From the NCBI GenBank assembly GCA_964398115.1, contig CAYNLP010000001.1, positions 1-37,579 of the forward strand: a DNA stretch of 37,579 nt. Direction: 5' to 3'. The notes beneath the pieces are model-generated. The model searched no databases, was not told the origin of the DNA, and worked only from the letters and a program-made list of their open reading frames with translations. This DNA comes from an uncultured Methanosarcinales archaeon. Lineage in GTDB: Archaea > Nanobdellota > Nanobdellia > Woesearchaeales > CAYNLP01. The position numbers were made by a program, and so were the translations under genes. Positions 26,992-36,512 of the stretch are shown in pieces (position 1 is the first letter of the stretch; each line of letters starts with the position of its first letter).

Positions 26992-27609
26992 ATGAGCGAA
27001 GAAAACGACAAAGAAGAAGCAAGAACAATCGGTTCAATGGGCGAAGGCCCTCTCATCGACGAAGACCAAACAGGAAGTCAAGAAATAGAAGACCTAGACC
27101 TAGAAGAAGAAACTAAGGAAGAGGAAGAAAGCAAAAGCCCAGTAGAAGACGCCAACATCTTCGCCGTAAGAACCACAGCAAACCGAGAAGACCAAGTAAT
27201 GGGATTCCTAACAAGCAACGCAGACAAGAAAGACTACGACGTATACACCGTGATAAGACCGCACGGCATGAGAGGCTACATATTCATGGAAGCCCGAGAC
27301 AAACAAGTAGCTGAAAAAGCAATCGAAGGCATCCCATACGCGAGAGGCATACTAGACAAACAAGTCGAATACGACGAAATAGAACACATGCTCGAACAAG
27401 CCAAGAAAGAAATCAACATTCAAAAGAACGACATCGTCGAAATCATCAGCGGTGCATTCAAAAGAGAAAAAGCCAAAGTTACCAGGATCGACAAAGCCAA
27501 AGGCGAAGTCGTAGTAGAACTACTAGAAGCCGCAGTACCCATACCAATCACGCTAAACATAGACAACGTGAAAGTAATAAGAAGACCAGGCGAAAGCGAA
27601 GAAGTCTAA
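26992..27609 (+). CDS. spt5: Transcription elongation factor Spt5/NusG with acidic N-terminal extension
   Basis: IFAVRTTANRE, RGYIFMEA, KOW motif DIVEIISGAFKREKAKV, ELLEAAVPIPIT. Confidence 0.95.
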   Translation: MSEENDKEEARTIGSMGEGPLIDEDQTGSQEIEDLDLEEETKEEEESKSPVEDANIFAVRTTANREDQVMGFLTSNADKKDYDVYTVIRPHGMRGYIFMEARDKQVAEKAIEGIPYARGILDKQVEYDEIEHMLEQAKKEINIQKNDIVEIISGAFKREKAKVTRIDKAKGEVVVELLEAAVPIPITLNIDNVKVIRRPGESEEV

Positions 27610-28358
27610 ACATCCTCAGGACCATAAATCTTGGTAGTTAAACCAACAACGTATTCAACAGCCCCTGGTATCTGACTCTCGGAAATATCTCCCCCAATAG
27701 AATTATCCATCAAAACCTCGACTTCCTCTTCAGCAGGACTACCTTTAAACATCCTAGTAGCAATACTTTTTTGCTTCTCAGCCAAAACCGGAACCTCCTC
27801 AAAAGAATTACGAACCAACGTTTCCAACGCAGCCTCCCTCTCTTCAGGATCTAAAACTACAAAACCACCAAACCTAGGATTATTACCTTCTTCCAAGTTA
27901 AATCCTTCATACAAATGATTCTTCCCAAAAGCATTCAGCGCGGTTTCACTCTCGGGAACCACTTCATCAGTACCCACAAAATGTGCAGAACCAGGAAAAA
28001 CGTCATCCGGAACTTCACTATGCACATAATGACCCTGCCACAAGAAACCCATCTGGCTTCCTTCATACCTCAAACCATCGGCATCTCCAAACAATTGATG
28101 AGCGTGCTCAATAAAACTGACCTCATACCTCCAATAAAACTCTTCCCACTCTTCCTTTAAATCTTTCAAACGTTCAGCCTCATCTTCCGGCAAAAGGTCA
28201 AAATACAACTGCGTAGGACGACCACCCTCAGGATGCAACTCTCTCTCAATCCTAGCAAGCTGCTGAAAACTATCAAAAGCCAAAGCCGCTCTGCCAGTAT
28301 TATCTTCTTCAGAATCTAAAGTATAAAACAAGTGCAAATCCTTCATGTGTTCCGCCAT
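27606..28358 (-). CDS. Hypothetical protein
   Basis: 250-aa acidic ORF, TAATG-coupled to the upstream ORF, with GAGGTG SD. No recognisable motif. Confidence 0.7.
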   Translation of the reverse strand: MAEHMKDLHLFYTLDSEEDNTGRAALAFDSFQQLARIERELHPEGGRPTQLYFDLLPEDEAERLKDLKEEWEEFYWRYEVSFIEHAHQLFGDADGLRYEGSQMGFLWQGHYVHSEVPDDVFPGSAHFVGTDEVVPESETALNAFGKNHLYEGFNLEEGNNPRFGGFVVLDPEEREAALETLVRNSFEEVPVLAEKQKSIATRMFKGSPAEEEVEVLMDNSIGGDISESQIPGAVEYVVGLTTKIYGPEDV

Positions 28359-29047
28359 TAAAAACCACCTCGCAAGTCATCTATACAATTCTGAAAGTTT
28401 TCAACAAAAGAATAACTTTCCGTGACCAAATTCCAAAACTTCTCATTCCTCAGAGCCAAGAGCTCATTTCGATAAGGAACAGTGCTCCGAGCCGAATGAA
28501 CCATATTCATAGCCTCCCTATGAAAATTACTTCCCCTAGTCAAAAAATCAACGGTATCAACCGCGTCTCGATACACCGAATCAGGGGTGAAAGGAGTTAA
28601 GTGATCAACCATCTTATCCACGGCTCTAGGAAGTTCCTCACTGAAATAATCCAAATCCTTATTCAAAGCTCCAAACTCAATCCACCACCTCTGATTCTGA
28701 ATCTCTTCTAAATAAATCCTAGAAAAAATTCTTAACAAAATATTGGCAGACCTTTCATTCATAGTCTCACCCAAGTCCCCTATGTCTCTCGGGAAACTGT
28801 GAGCATTCTCAACAGAAGAAAGTTCAGAACGCACCATAAATCCCAGTCCCCTATCTCCATTAATAATAGGTCGAGAATAATCTCTTCGCCTATCAAAAGC
28901 AATATCCGAAGCTTTTTCAGTCCTCTGCCGAGATGGAGAAACAACCGCGCCCGGCACGCTACGCTCTTTCTCCGACCTCACATACAACAAAGCAGTTTCA
29001 CTGAAGTACTCTCCCCCAACAATCTCTCTTTGTCTACCTGTCACCAC
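28358..29047 (-). CDS. Hypothetical protein (start uncertain; GTG near 29047 more plausible than 29194)
   Basis: Long open frame. The 5' part of the track ORF overlaps the divergent gene and its promoter region. Confidence 0.55.
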   Translation of the reverse strand: MVTGRQREIVGGEYFSETALLYVRSEKERSVPGAVVSPSRQRTEKASDIAFDRRRDYSRPIINGDRGLGFMVRSELSSVENAHSFPRDIGDLGETMNERSANILLRIFSRIYLEEIQNQRWWIEFGALNKDLDYFSEELPRAVDKMVDHLTPFTPDSVYRDAVDTVDFLTRGSNFHREAMNMVHSARSTVPYRNELLALRNEKFWNLVTESYSFVENFQNCIDDLRGGF

Positions 29048-29163
29048 AATCAAATAAGTATGAATGAAATCATATAAAAAATTTATCCCAAAATTCGAAA
29101 AATTTATGGACACTGGACATGTTCGCACGTCAGCCTTAAATACTGAAATACTCTTAAAAAAAT

Positions 29164-30387
29164 ATGGAAGAAAAAACGCAAGAACAATGGGCAAGCCTCA
29201 TAGTAGGAATGAGGAAAAAACTAGAAATGAGTCAAGCCGAATTAGCAGAGTGTATAGGTATTTGCAGACAAGGTATAAGCCGGTATGAATGTTTTCAGAG
29301 AAAACCAAATATTGATTCCAGAAAGAAAATATCGGAGTTTGTCAATAAGAAAAACTTAGATTTCAATCGACTTATGAAGAAAGGTAAACATCATATCGAA
29401 GATTATAAATCTAGACAACAAGTTGAAACTGCTAATCTAGAACACAGTTCAGAATTGGCCGAACTAATAGGGGTAATATTAGGAGATGGAGAAATACACC
29501 CAGATGGTAATGTCAGGATAAGTTTCGACCCAAATAAAGAACATTATTACATAACACAACGTTTATTCTTCCTGATAAATAAAATCCTAGATGTGAAAAT
29601 AACTTTTGAAAGTTACAAAAGACTTTCTTTCTACGACATATCATTTACTAGATATCTTGAAGAAGAATGTAATCTTACACCTGGTAATAAATTTAAGAAC
29701 GGATGGAAAATACCTAAGTGGTGCTTTAAAGATAAAAAATATCTTACCTCAATTCTCAGAGGATTATTTGATACGGATGGATATATTGCTTATTACGATG
29801 GTTCAGTCACAGTAATGATGGGAAGATTTTCAGATAAATGCGAAAATCTAGTAAGAAGTATAACCAAAGGCTTCAGCTGTCTCCAATTAAATTATGTGTG
29901 CAAACACACAAAAGATGGAAGATACAGGATTCGGATACAGAACAAGCTAAACTTAATAAGATTCTTTGAACTGATAGGATCAAGTAATCTGAAACATATA
30001 ATTAGATTTTTACTTTGGAGAATCTGCAGTTATGAAGCAAAAATTGAGAAAGAAGGTTTAAAAAATTTAATAAAGAGATTAAATTCCAAAATAAACATTG
30101 AAATAAGGGCTATAAACATACCTTTTAAGTGGAATATAGAACAATCTAATTTTATAGAATACTTGAAAGAAGATATTATGATAAAAACTGGTCAAAAAAT
30201 CCGAAACGCTTTTAAATGGAACGAGATTCTGCCAAAAATGTTAGATACTGAGACAATATCTCAGGTATCCAAAGATTTAAACATTAACAAGAGAAGTGTA
30301 AGAAAGTGGAGAGGAGGAAAAAGAAACCCCTCTCCAAGATATATGCCTTATTTGAAGGCGATTGCTAAAGAAAAAGGATTGATATGA
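29164..30387 (+). CDS. XRE-HTH + double LAGLIDADG endonuclease-like + HTH protein
   Basis: RKKLEMSQAELAECIGICRQGISRYE (XRE); ELAELIGVILGDG and LRGLFDTDG (two LAGLIDADG helices); SQVSKDLNINKRSVRKWRGGKRNP (C-terminal HTH). Confidence 0.85.
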   Translation: MEEKTQEQWASLIVGMRKKLEMSQAELAECIGICRQGISRYECFQRKPNIDSRKKISEFVNKKNLDFNRLMKKGKHHIEDYKSRQQVETANLEHSSELAELIGVILGDGEIHPDGNVRISFDPNKEHYYITQRLFFLINKILDVKITFESYKRLSFYDISFTRYLEEECNLTPGNKFKNGWKIPKWCFKDKKYLTSILRGLFDTDGYIAYYDGSVTVMMGRFSDKCENLVRSITKGFSCLQLNYVCKHTKDGRYRIRIQNKLNLIRFFELIGSSNLKHIIRFLLWRICSYEAKIEKEGLKNLIKRLNSKINIEIRAINIPFKWNIEQSNFIEYLKEDIMIKTGQKIRNAFKWNEILPKMLDTETISQVSKDLNINKRSVRKWRGGKRNPSPRYMPYLKAIAKEKGLI

Positions 30388-30393
30388 AAGAAA

Positions 30394-31176
30394 ATGGGAA
30401 CCGAAACCGTTGAAGCATTAATCAAAGGAGGACAGGCAACTGCAAGTCCACCCCTTGGTCCAGCTCTCGGACCTACAGGCGTAAACATTGGAGAAGTAGT
30501 CAATTCTATAAATGAAAAAACGGAAAGCTTCGACGGCATGGAAGTACCCGTGACAGTAATAGTCGATACCGACACACAAGAATACGAAATTGAAGTTGGC
30601 ACGCCACCCGCCGCAAGCCTAGTAATGAAAGAAGCAAGGCTCGAAGGAGCAAGCGGAAAACCCTTAACAGAACACGTCGCAAATATCAAGATCGAACAAG
30701 CAATAAAAATAGCAAAAATGAAAGAAACAGACCTTCTCGGCAAAACATTAAAAGATAAAGTCAAAGAAATCGTCGGAACATGCAACTCTATGGGGATTAT
30801 GGTAGAAGGAGACCACGCCGCAGAAACCCAACAAAGAATAGACGAAGGAGAATTCGACGAAAAAATCGAAAACGAAAAGACAGAACTAACCGAAGAAGAA
30901 CTACAAGAACTCGAAGAACAAAAAGAAAAACTACAACAAAGAATCAAAAAGAGACACGAGAAAGAAAAAGAAAGAGCAGAAGAAATCATGGAAAGCATGG
31001 AAGGAGCCGAAAGAAGCGAAATGGTTGCAAACATGCGAGAAGAAGACATCAGCGAAGAAATCATCGAAGAACTACTACCAGTCGAGCCAGGAGCCGCAGC
31101 TGGAATGGCCAAACCCGCAGGTCCAGGCGGAGGCGGCGAAGAAAGCGAAGCACCTAGCGAAGAACCAGAAGCCTAA
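30394..31176 (+). CDS. rpl11: 50S ribosomal protein L11 with acidic C-terminal extension
   Basis: GGQATASPPLGPALGP.GVN, GMEVPV, VGTPPAASL, EIVGTCNSMGI; ~100 aa E-rich tail. Confidence 0.96.
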   Translation: MGTETVEALIKGGQATASPPLGPALGPTGVNIGEVVNSINEKTESFDGMEVPVTVIVDTDTQEYEIEVGTPPAASLVMKEARLEGASGKPLTEHVANIKIEQAIKIAKMKETDLLGKTLKDKVKEIVGTCNSMGIMVEGDHAAETQQRIDEGEFDEKIENEKTELTEEELQELEEQKEKLQQRIKKRHEKEKERAEEIMESMEGAERSEMVANMREEDISEEIIEELLPVEPGAAAGMAKPAGPGGGGEESEAPSEEPEA

Positions 31177-31228
31177 AAATTTCTTTTAATCGTAGACTTT
31201 ATTAACTCAAACTTGCAGAAAGTAGACC

Positions 31229-31639
31229 ATGGTAGAATCAGAAGACCAAATAGAAACATGGTTCGAAAAAGAAAAAGAAAGATTAGAAAAAGAATACCTA
31301 GAAGAAATACAAGCTGGTAAAGACCTGCAAGAAGCCAAAGAAGAATTCAACCAAGAAATGCAACAAATCATAAACGAGTACGAAGAAAGATATGAACAGA
31401 TGTGGAAAGAACAAGAAAGACGAGAAAAACTTCACAAACCCATCAACGAATTCAAAGACAAAGTAAAAAACATAGTAGAAAAATACGAGAACTGGTACCA
31501 AAACTGGAAAGAAAATATGAAAAATCGTTACGACGACCTCATGTACAAATACGATAAGAAAAAAACAAACTTCGAACTCAAATGGTACAGGTTCGTGAAA
31601 GAACATAAAGAAAAACTCAAAAGAATGCGCAATAAGTAA
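31229..31639 (+). CDS. Coiled-coil hypothetical protein
   Basis: E/K-rich all-helical ORF with locally typical codon usage. Confidence 0.7.
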   Translation: MVESEDQIETWFEKEKERLEKEYLEEIQAGKDLQEAKEEFNQEMQQIINEYEERYEQMWKEQERREKLHKPINEFKDKVKNIVEKYENWYQNWKENMKNRYDDLMYKYDKKKTNFELKWYRFVKEHKEKLKRMRNK

Positions 31640-31676
31640 CTTTTAAATACGTGCAATTTCTCCCCAAAAAACAAGT

Positions 31677-31751
<75 letters not shown>

Positions 31752-31843
31752 TAAGGGTAATATGTTCATATCCCACCGTAATAGTTATAAAGTCTTAGTG
31801 GTATTTCTATAATAGCGAAAAACTTGTTGGGAGGGTTTAAGCT

Positions 31844-33100
31844 ATGGATATACACGCAAAAGAAGAAAGAGTACAAACTCAAAGGACGAAGCTAAAAGAA
31901 AGCGAAGAAGTACCAAAAGAAACAAAGAAGCTATACCAAAATTTCTGGAAAGAACATACAACTCAACACGACCAAAGACAATTAAGTCCCCTTACAGAAG
32001 AGAAGTACCTTAAAGCTATAAGAGGCATTTACGAAAAAGGATTTATAGACAAACCACTCGATACCTTAACCCTTTCTGATATGAAAACCCTGATTAATGA
32101 GTTGAAACAAAGCGATTACGCCGATAGTACAATCAAGTATAACTATATTAGACCACTTAAGAAATTCTACAGACGTTTCAAGAAAGATAAAAGAGATGTG
32201 TATGAGAGTGATAAAGAATTGCGTAGTGCTATAGAATACTTACTTGAGTATAGTTTCTCCACTAACGGCGATAAAAATGTAACTGATGAGGATATACTAA
32301 CAAAGAAAGAAGTAAAGAAGATATTAGAGAATACATATAATGAACGTGATAAAGCTTTTATCATGTTAGCTTGTGAAAGTGGCGCAAGGATCGGCGCATT
32401 ACTTAACGTGAAGATTGGAGATATTGATAAAGAAACGTGGCAACACGGTTGGGTTATCAAGTTTACAGAAACAAAAACAGAAACTAGCGAGAGAGAAGCC
32501 CACATAAAACGTAGTATTCCATATCTAGAGAATTGGTTACAAAACCACCCTGATAGTGAGAAAAATAAGGATAGTTACTTGTTTACCAAACTTGATGAGA
32601 ATGAGGGGCTTAGTTATAGGGTTGGTAACTATATTTGTAAGAGAGCAGCGAAACGTGCTGATATAGATAAAAACGTAACTCCTCACATGTTTAGGCGGAC
32701 GGCTGCGACTTGGTTGTATCAAGACGGTTGGGATATTACAGAGATTAAGGACTTTATAGGTTGGTCTAGAAGTAGCGATATACCTGTACTTAGGTATATT
32801 CAGAAACGGCAGAATAGTAAAGAAGCTGTAGAAAGGCATTATGGACTAGCAGAAAAAGAAGAAGAGAAAGAAAATATTATGGAGAATAAAACGTGCTTGG
32901 TTTGTGGCGAAACTAATGAAGCTACTAGAAAAGAGTGTGTTAATTGTATGCAACCACTTAATCCAGAAGAAGCTAAGAAAGAGAAAGATATAGTTGAGCA
33001 ATTATTAGATAATCCAGAGAAGTTAATCAAGTTAAAACAAGCTATGAAAGAGTTTGATTTAGATGAGCTTAAAGAGGAGAAAAAGAGGCGTGAACAATAG
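31844..33100 (+). CDS. Tyrosine recombinase/integrase with C-terminal zinc ribbon
   Basis: ESGARIG (R), ETKT (K), PHMFRR (HxxR), IGW, LRY (Y); CLVC...CVNC. Confidence 0.95.
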   Translation: MDIHAKEERVQTQRTKLKESEEVPKETKKLYQNFWKEHTTQHDQRQLSPLTEEKYLKAIRGIYEKGFIDKPLDTLTLSDMKTLINELKQSDYADSTIKYNYIRPLKKFYRRFKKDKRDVYESDKELRSAIEYLLEYSFSTNGDKNVTDEDILTKKEVKKILENTYNERDKAFIMLACESGARIGALLNVKIGDIDKETWQHGWVIKFTETKTETSEREAHIKRSIPYLENWLQNHPDSEKNKDSYLFTKLDENEGLSYRVGNYICKRAAKRADIDKNVTPHMFRRTAATWLYQDGWDITEIKDFIGWSRSSDIPVLRYIQKRQNSKEAVERHYGLAEKEEEKENIMENKTCLVCGETNEATRKECVNCMQPLNPEEAKKEKDIVEQLLDNPEKLIKLKQAMKEFDLDELKEEKKRREQ

Positions 33101-33284
33101 CTGATTTCGGTTGAAAACCCCGATTTCTTTAGAGTAACTCCGTAAATTTTGGAAGGTTTCCGCTATTGAACAAAAGAATCATTGTGTAAGGAGTTTTCTG
33201 TAGAGCGATTGTTCGTTATGTTTTTACTTTAAAGTAGTTAAAATACAAAAATTTATAAATTAATTTTTATTCTGTTCTATTACC

Positions 33285-34157
33285 ATGCCAGTTCAAGAAG
33301 TTGATGAAAAAAGTGAAACGGAGAGATTGCAAAAACTCGCCGAGAAAATAGAATATAAAAGAAATGGTAATAGAGCGCGACAACTAGCGAACGTAATAAC
33401 CGACGCATACCGAGAAAATCCCGAAGAATTAACACAATACTTCGACCACGACAACGAGTTCATCCAAGGACTCGCCACCACTGCATATGCCCAAATAACA
33501 AGAGACTTCGAACCCCTCCAAAACAGCAAATACGGAGGATGGGGGATAACACTAAAAGACTCACCCCGCCACCTAGAACTTAGCCAAAGGCAAGGAAGAT
33601 TCGCGAAACTATCAGGAACAGCACTTCTAGGCTCCAAGAACAGTGGTCAGGCACTCTGGTGGTCTAAAAACAGTGATTATGCACTCCTGAATTCTGAGAA
33701 TAAGGATGATGCACTACAGTATTCTGAGAACAGTGGAAAGGCACTCCAGCGTTCTGAAAACAGGAATCGTGCACTTAAGTATTCTGAGAACAGTGGAAAG
33801 GCACTCCAGCGTTCTGAGAATAAGGATGAGACACTCTGGTGGTCTAAAAACAGTGGTCAGGCACTCGGGAATTCTGAAAACCAAGATTATACACTCTGGA
33901 ATTCTGAGAACAGTGGAAAGGCACTCTGGCTAGCTGAAAACAGTGATGATACACTCCAGCATTCTGAGAACACAGATCGGGCGCTTTGGGCGTCAGTGAA
34001 CAGTGGTGGTGCACTCCAGCATTCTAAGAACAAGGATGAGACACTCTGGCGAGCTGAGAAACGTGGTCGGGCACTCCTAAAATCTGAGAATCATGATGAT
34101 GCACTCAAAGATTCTTCCTCAACACTTTACAATAAAGTGATGAATTTAATTACCTAA
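33285..34157 (+). CDS. Decapeptide-repeat protein
   Basis: Helical N-terminal ~110 aa, then 16+ repeats of [AT]LxxS[EK]Nxxx. Confidence 0.8.
   Translation: MPVQEVDEKSETERLQKLAEKIEYKRNGNRARQLANVITDAYRENPEELTQYFDHDNEFIQGLATTAYAQITRDFEPLQNSKYGGWGITLKDSPRHLELSQRQGRFAKLSGTALLGSKNSGQALWWSKNSDYALLNSENKDDALQYSENSGKALQRSENRNRALKYSENSGKALQRSENKDETLWWSKNSGQALGNSENQDYTLWNSENSGKALWLAENSDDTLQHSENTDRALWASVNSGGALQHSKNKDETLWRAEKRGRALLKSENHDDALKDSSSTLYNKVMNLIT
33621..34115 (+). repeat. 30-bp coding tandem repeat, 16 full units plus one partial
   Basis: Units begin at 33621, 33651 ... 34101, with consensus ~RCACTCnnnnRTTCTGAGAACAGTGRnnnn. Confidence 0.92.
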
Positions 34158-34389
34158 GTGATGGATTTTCAGAAAGTGAACAAGCAGTTCATAGTTCTGT
34201 TGCCGAAACAATTTAGTTCTAGCTCTAGAATGGCAGAAAGCCAAAAGATAAAATGTAAATCTTAAAGAAAGAATCAACTTAGAAAATGTTAAATACCATC
34301 CTAATCTTTTTCCATTCTTTCTATTAGGTTGAAAAAGCGTGCGTGTGTGCGCCCCGCATTATATAATTACAAAATTAAACAATTCTTTA

Positions 34390-34746
34390 TCAGAAAATAC
34401 TGTCTATTGTGAATAACCCGTTCTGCTCTCCGAATACTTGTCTTACCTTTACAAACTTGTGCGGGTATCCTCTGTCTTTCAACCACTTACCCCGACCGAT
34501 TAACTTGCTCACTCTCTTAGCGGGTACGACTTTCGTCCTGCCTTTGTATTCGAATATGTAGTTACCGTCTTTTCTGACAAGTTTTTTATGTGTTTTCTTA
34601 CCGATCCTAAACCTTTTGTCTTTTCTGGCCGTTCTGTGTTCTACGGGGCGTCCGTTTAACTCTCCGTCCGTACCGAATTTAGTTAATGGTTTTCCTCCTA
34701 AACTTTTTATCGTGTTCTTCTCCCGTCTTGTATGCCAAATACCCAT
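34390..34746 (-). CDS. Basic protein, possible PD-(D/E)xK nuclease-like
   Basis: E...GTDG...PVEHRT (K>R variant of ExK), then RFRI...H..LV..DG.YIF. Start ATG 34746. Confidence 0.5.
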   Translation of the reverse strand: MGIWHTRREKNTIKSLGGKPLTKFGTDGELNGRPVEHRTARKDKRFRIGKKTHKKLVRKDGNYIFEYKGRTKVVPAKRVSKLIGRGKWLKDRGYPHKFVKVRQVFGEQNGLFTIDSIF

Positions 34747-34763
34747 ATTTTTCACAAAACTCA

Positions 34764-34849
34764 CAAAAATTTTATTTCAAGAAACTGCCTGTTATCAAAC
34801 CACTTAGTTGGTTTTGTCTTTCTTTCACTTGTTTCATTTCTTTCTTAAC
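34764..34849 (-). repeat. ~85-bp duplicated gene-end remnant, copy 1
   Basis: Similar to 35316-35398, with the first 21 nt identical (CAAAAATTTTATTTCAAGAAA). Minus strand encodes ...RQNQLSGLITGSFLK*. Confidence 0.8.
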
Positions 34850-34932
34850 CAGTTCTTTCTTGCGTCTATGGAATTCGTTTGCTACTTTCTCGGTTTCAGC
34901 TAAAACCAACAACGCATTTCTACCAACGGATT

Positions 34933-35187
34933 TTATGTCGAGTTTAACTTGTTAAACTCTGTCTGGTTACATTCACTCCAACCTTTATCTTTCATCTGGG
35001 CAACTTCTTCTTGTTCACAGCCATACCAACGCACCATTTGAGCTTCACTTGTTTCATAATTACACATCTTTACTTTTCCAAATGCAGGGCAATTAAGTTG
35101 CGCAGGTTGCATAAACATATTGCTAACAAATGAAGCTCCAATAAGAAATACCAATCCTAAACCAATCCATATAAACTTCTTATCCAT
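34933..35187 (-). CDS. Small membrane-anchored protein with four Cys
   Basis: MDKKFIWIGLGLVFLIGASFV TM followed by a Cys-containing short domain. Confidence 0.6.
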   Translation of the reverse strand: MDKKFIWIGLGLVFLIGASFVSNMFMQPAQLNCPAFGKVKMCNYETSEAQMVRWYGCEQEEVAQMKDKGWSECNQTEFNKLNST

Positions 35188-35315
35188 CACAACCAACTCA
35201 ACAAGCAAAGTAAATAAAACTTATGGAAGTCAAAACCAAAGTTTTATCTCTCCTCTCACCACTTAAAATACCTAAACACACTTTTAATAATAGTTGTTTT
35301 ACATCACACACGTTC

Positions 35316-35398
35316 CAAAAATTTTATTTCAAGAAAGATCCTGTGATTAAATCAACAAGCTGGTTTTGTCTTTTCTTTACTGGTTTTATTTTCTTAAC
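35316..35398 (-). repeat. ~85-bp duplicated gene-end remnant, copy 2
   Basis: Minus strand encodes ...RQNQLVDLITGSFLK*. Confidence 0.8.
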
Positions 35399-35441
35399 AT
35401 AATAGTTTTGAAAATGGGTAATTTTTTATATCATTTTTTGG

Positions 35442-35933
35442 ATGGTGTTATGTATGGATTTAAATCGTGAGCGTTTAGGTAAGATGTTGATGGTTTTATT
35501 GGTCTTTGCCGTTATTTCTCTTTTGCCTTTATTTTCTTATAGTAAAGAGACTGTTATATTCAGCTTTCTTCCGAGTGTAGTATCCATAATTCTTATTTCT
35601 TGGCTTTGTTTTAAAACGGTTGATCCTGTGAGTGAAAACATTTTGACTGGAGGGGCTTTATTCATCCCTATCATTGTTATTTTAGGAATATTTACTGATT
35701 TCACTCTTGGATTTGGTGAATCTGGTTTTGAGATATTCATCCTATCTATTTTTATTGGTATCCCAATTATAGCTGGTTTGCGACTTTTCCAACTTTACAG
35801 GTCAGGAGATGAACCTCCTTTTGGTGAGAAGAATAAACTTCACACTTTCAGGAAGTATGTTTCGATTAATTTATGGATTGTGTATGTTGTAATTTTCCAT
35901 TTAAGTTCACTTGTTACATTTATGATGTCATAG
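35442..35933 (+). CDS. Multi-pass membrane protein (start possibly 35454)
   Basis: About five hydrophobic segments. Confidence 0.65.
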   Translation: MVLCMDLNRERLGKMLMVLLVFAVISLLPLFSYSKETVIFSFLPSVVSIILISWLCFKTVDPVSENILTGGALFIPIIVILGIFTDFTLGFGESGFEIFILSIFIGIPIIAGLRLFQLYRSGDEPPFGEKNKLHTFRKYVSINLWIVYVVIFHLSSLVTFMMS

Positions 35934-35985
35934 CAGTCCTCTTTTTCCTTATTTTTTTTAAGTCCGGTTTTTATTATCTGGTTAT

Positions 35986-36252
35986 ATGAGTGTTGATGAT
36001 TTGGTGCTTTTTCCAGGAAGCTTGGATGAGTTAAACAGGTTTTCAGATTTAGAGTTTGAAATAGCAGGTATTGCTATTGCAGAAACCAAAGGGGATATGT
36101 TTTACGAAGTTCAGCAAAATTTTGCAGAGCGTGTAGAGTCTGAGGGATACGATGGAGTTGTAAGATATAGTGTCACTCGCGCAGTGGATAGTGGTACTAG
36201 CAATTCATTCGACAGAGTTTATATTCAAGGAGTGCCAGTTGTTAAAAAATAA
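35986..36252 (+). CDS. Small protein, possibly YbjQ-like fold
   Basis: Helix, then GYDGVV.Y.V, ending YIQGVPV, which resembles the YbjQ GAxAVV...AxGTAV pattern. Confidence 0.45.
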   Translation: MSVDDLVLFPGSLDELNRFSDLEFEIAGIAIAETKGDMFYEVQQNFAERVESEGYDGVVRYSVTRAVDSGTSNSFDRVYIQGVPVVKK

Positions 36253-36512
36253 ATTTTTCAGCCGATAGGAAATCTTCTTTGCTATTTCCTCTTCATTTCA
36301 TCTTTTCATAACCGTGACGCAATATTCCTTTCTTAACTTGCTTCCAAGCTTTCTCATTCAAAACAATAACATTTCTCTCCATAAACCCGTATCGACTGTT
36401 TTTATTTATATGAGTTGTGAGAGAAAAGTCGGAAAACTTACGAATTTTTTCCTTATAATATATATACAGCGCCGAACGAACGAACACACAAAAAACACAC
36501 AAGAAATTATAA

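Noticed and set aside
29164..30387. Intein or intron-encoded endonuclease
   Set aside because: No Hint motifs (N-terminal Cys/Ser, C-terminal His-Asn) and no interrupted host gene or RNA is visible.
609..31606. Numerous antisense and overlapping ORFs in the track (e.g. 609..1043, 3169..3762, 25623..26219, 30348..31112, 30780..31157)
   Set aside because: Shadow frames of well-supported genes, with low-complexity S/F/R-rich translations caused by codon bias.
33621..34115. CRISPR array or DGR variable region
   Set aside because: The 30-bp units are contiguous, in frame and have no spacers. No cas or reverse transcriptase gene and no template repeat is present in the window.
34772..34820. PIP-box in QNQLSGLI / QNQLVDLI
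   Set aside because: QxxL fits, but the aromatic pair of QxxLxxFF is absent.
34337..36502. GT/AC simple repeats next to ATAT runs (34337-34366; 36455-36502) as replication or transfer origins
   Set aside because: Low complexity, with no clear hairpin or recognisable nick-site motif.
36293..36502. Track ORF 36293..36502 (-)
   Set aside because: It begins in simple repeats. Only a 29-aa tail from ATG 36382 is plausible, and it has no supporting motif.
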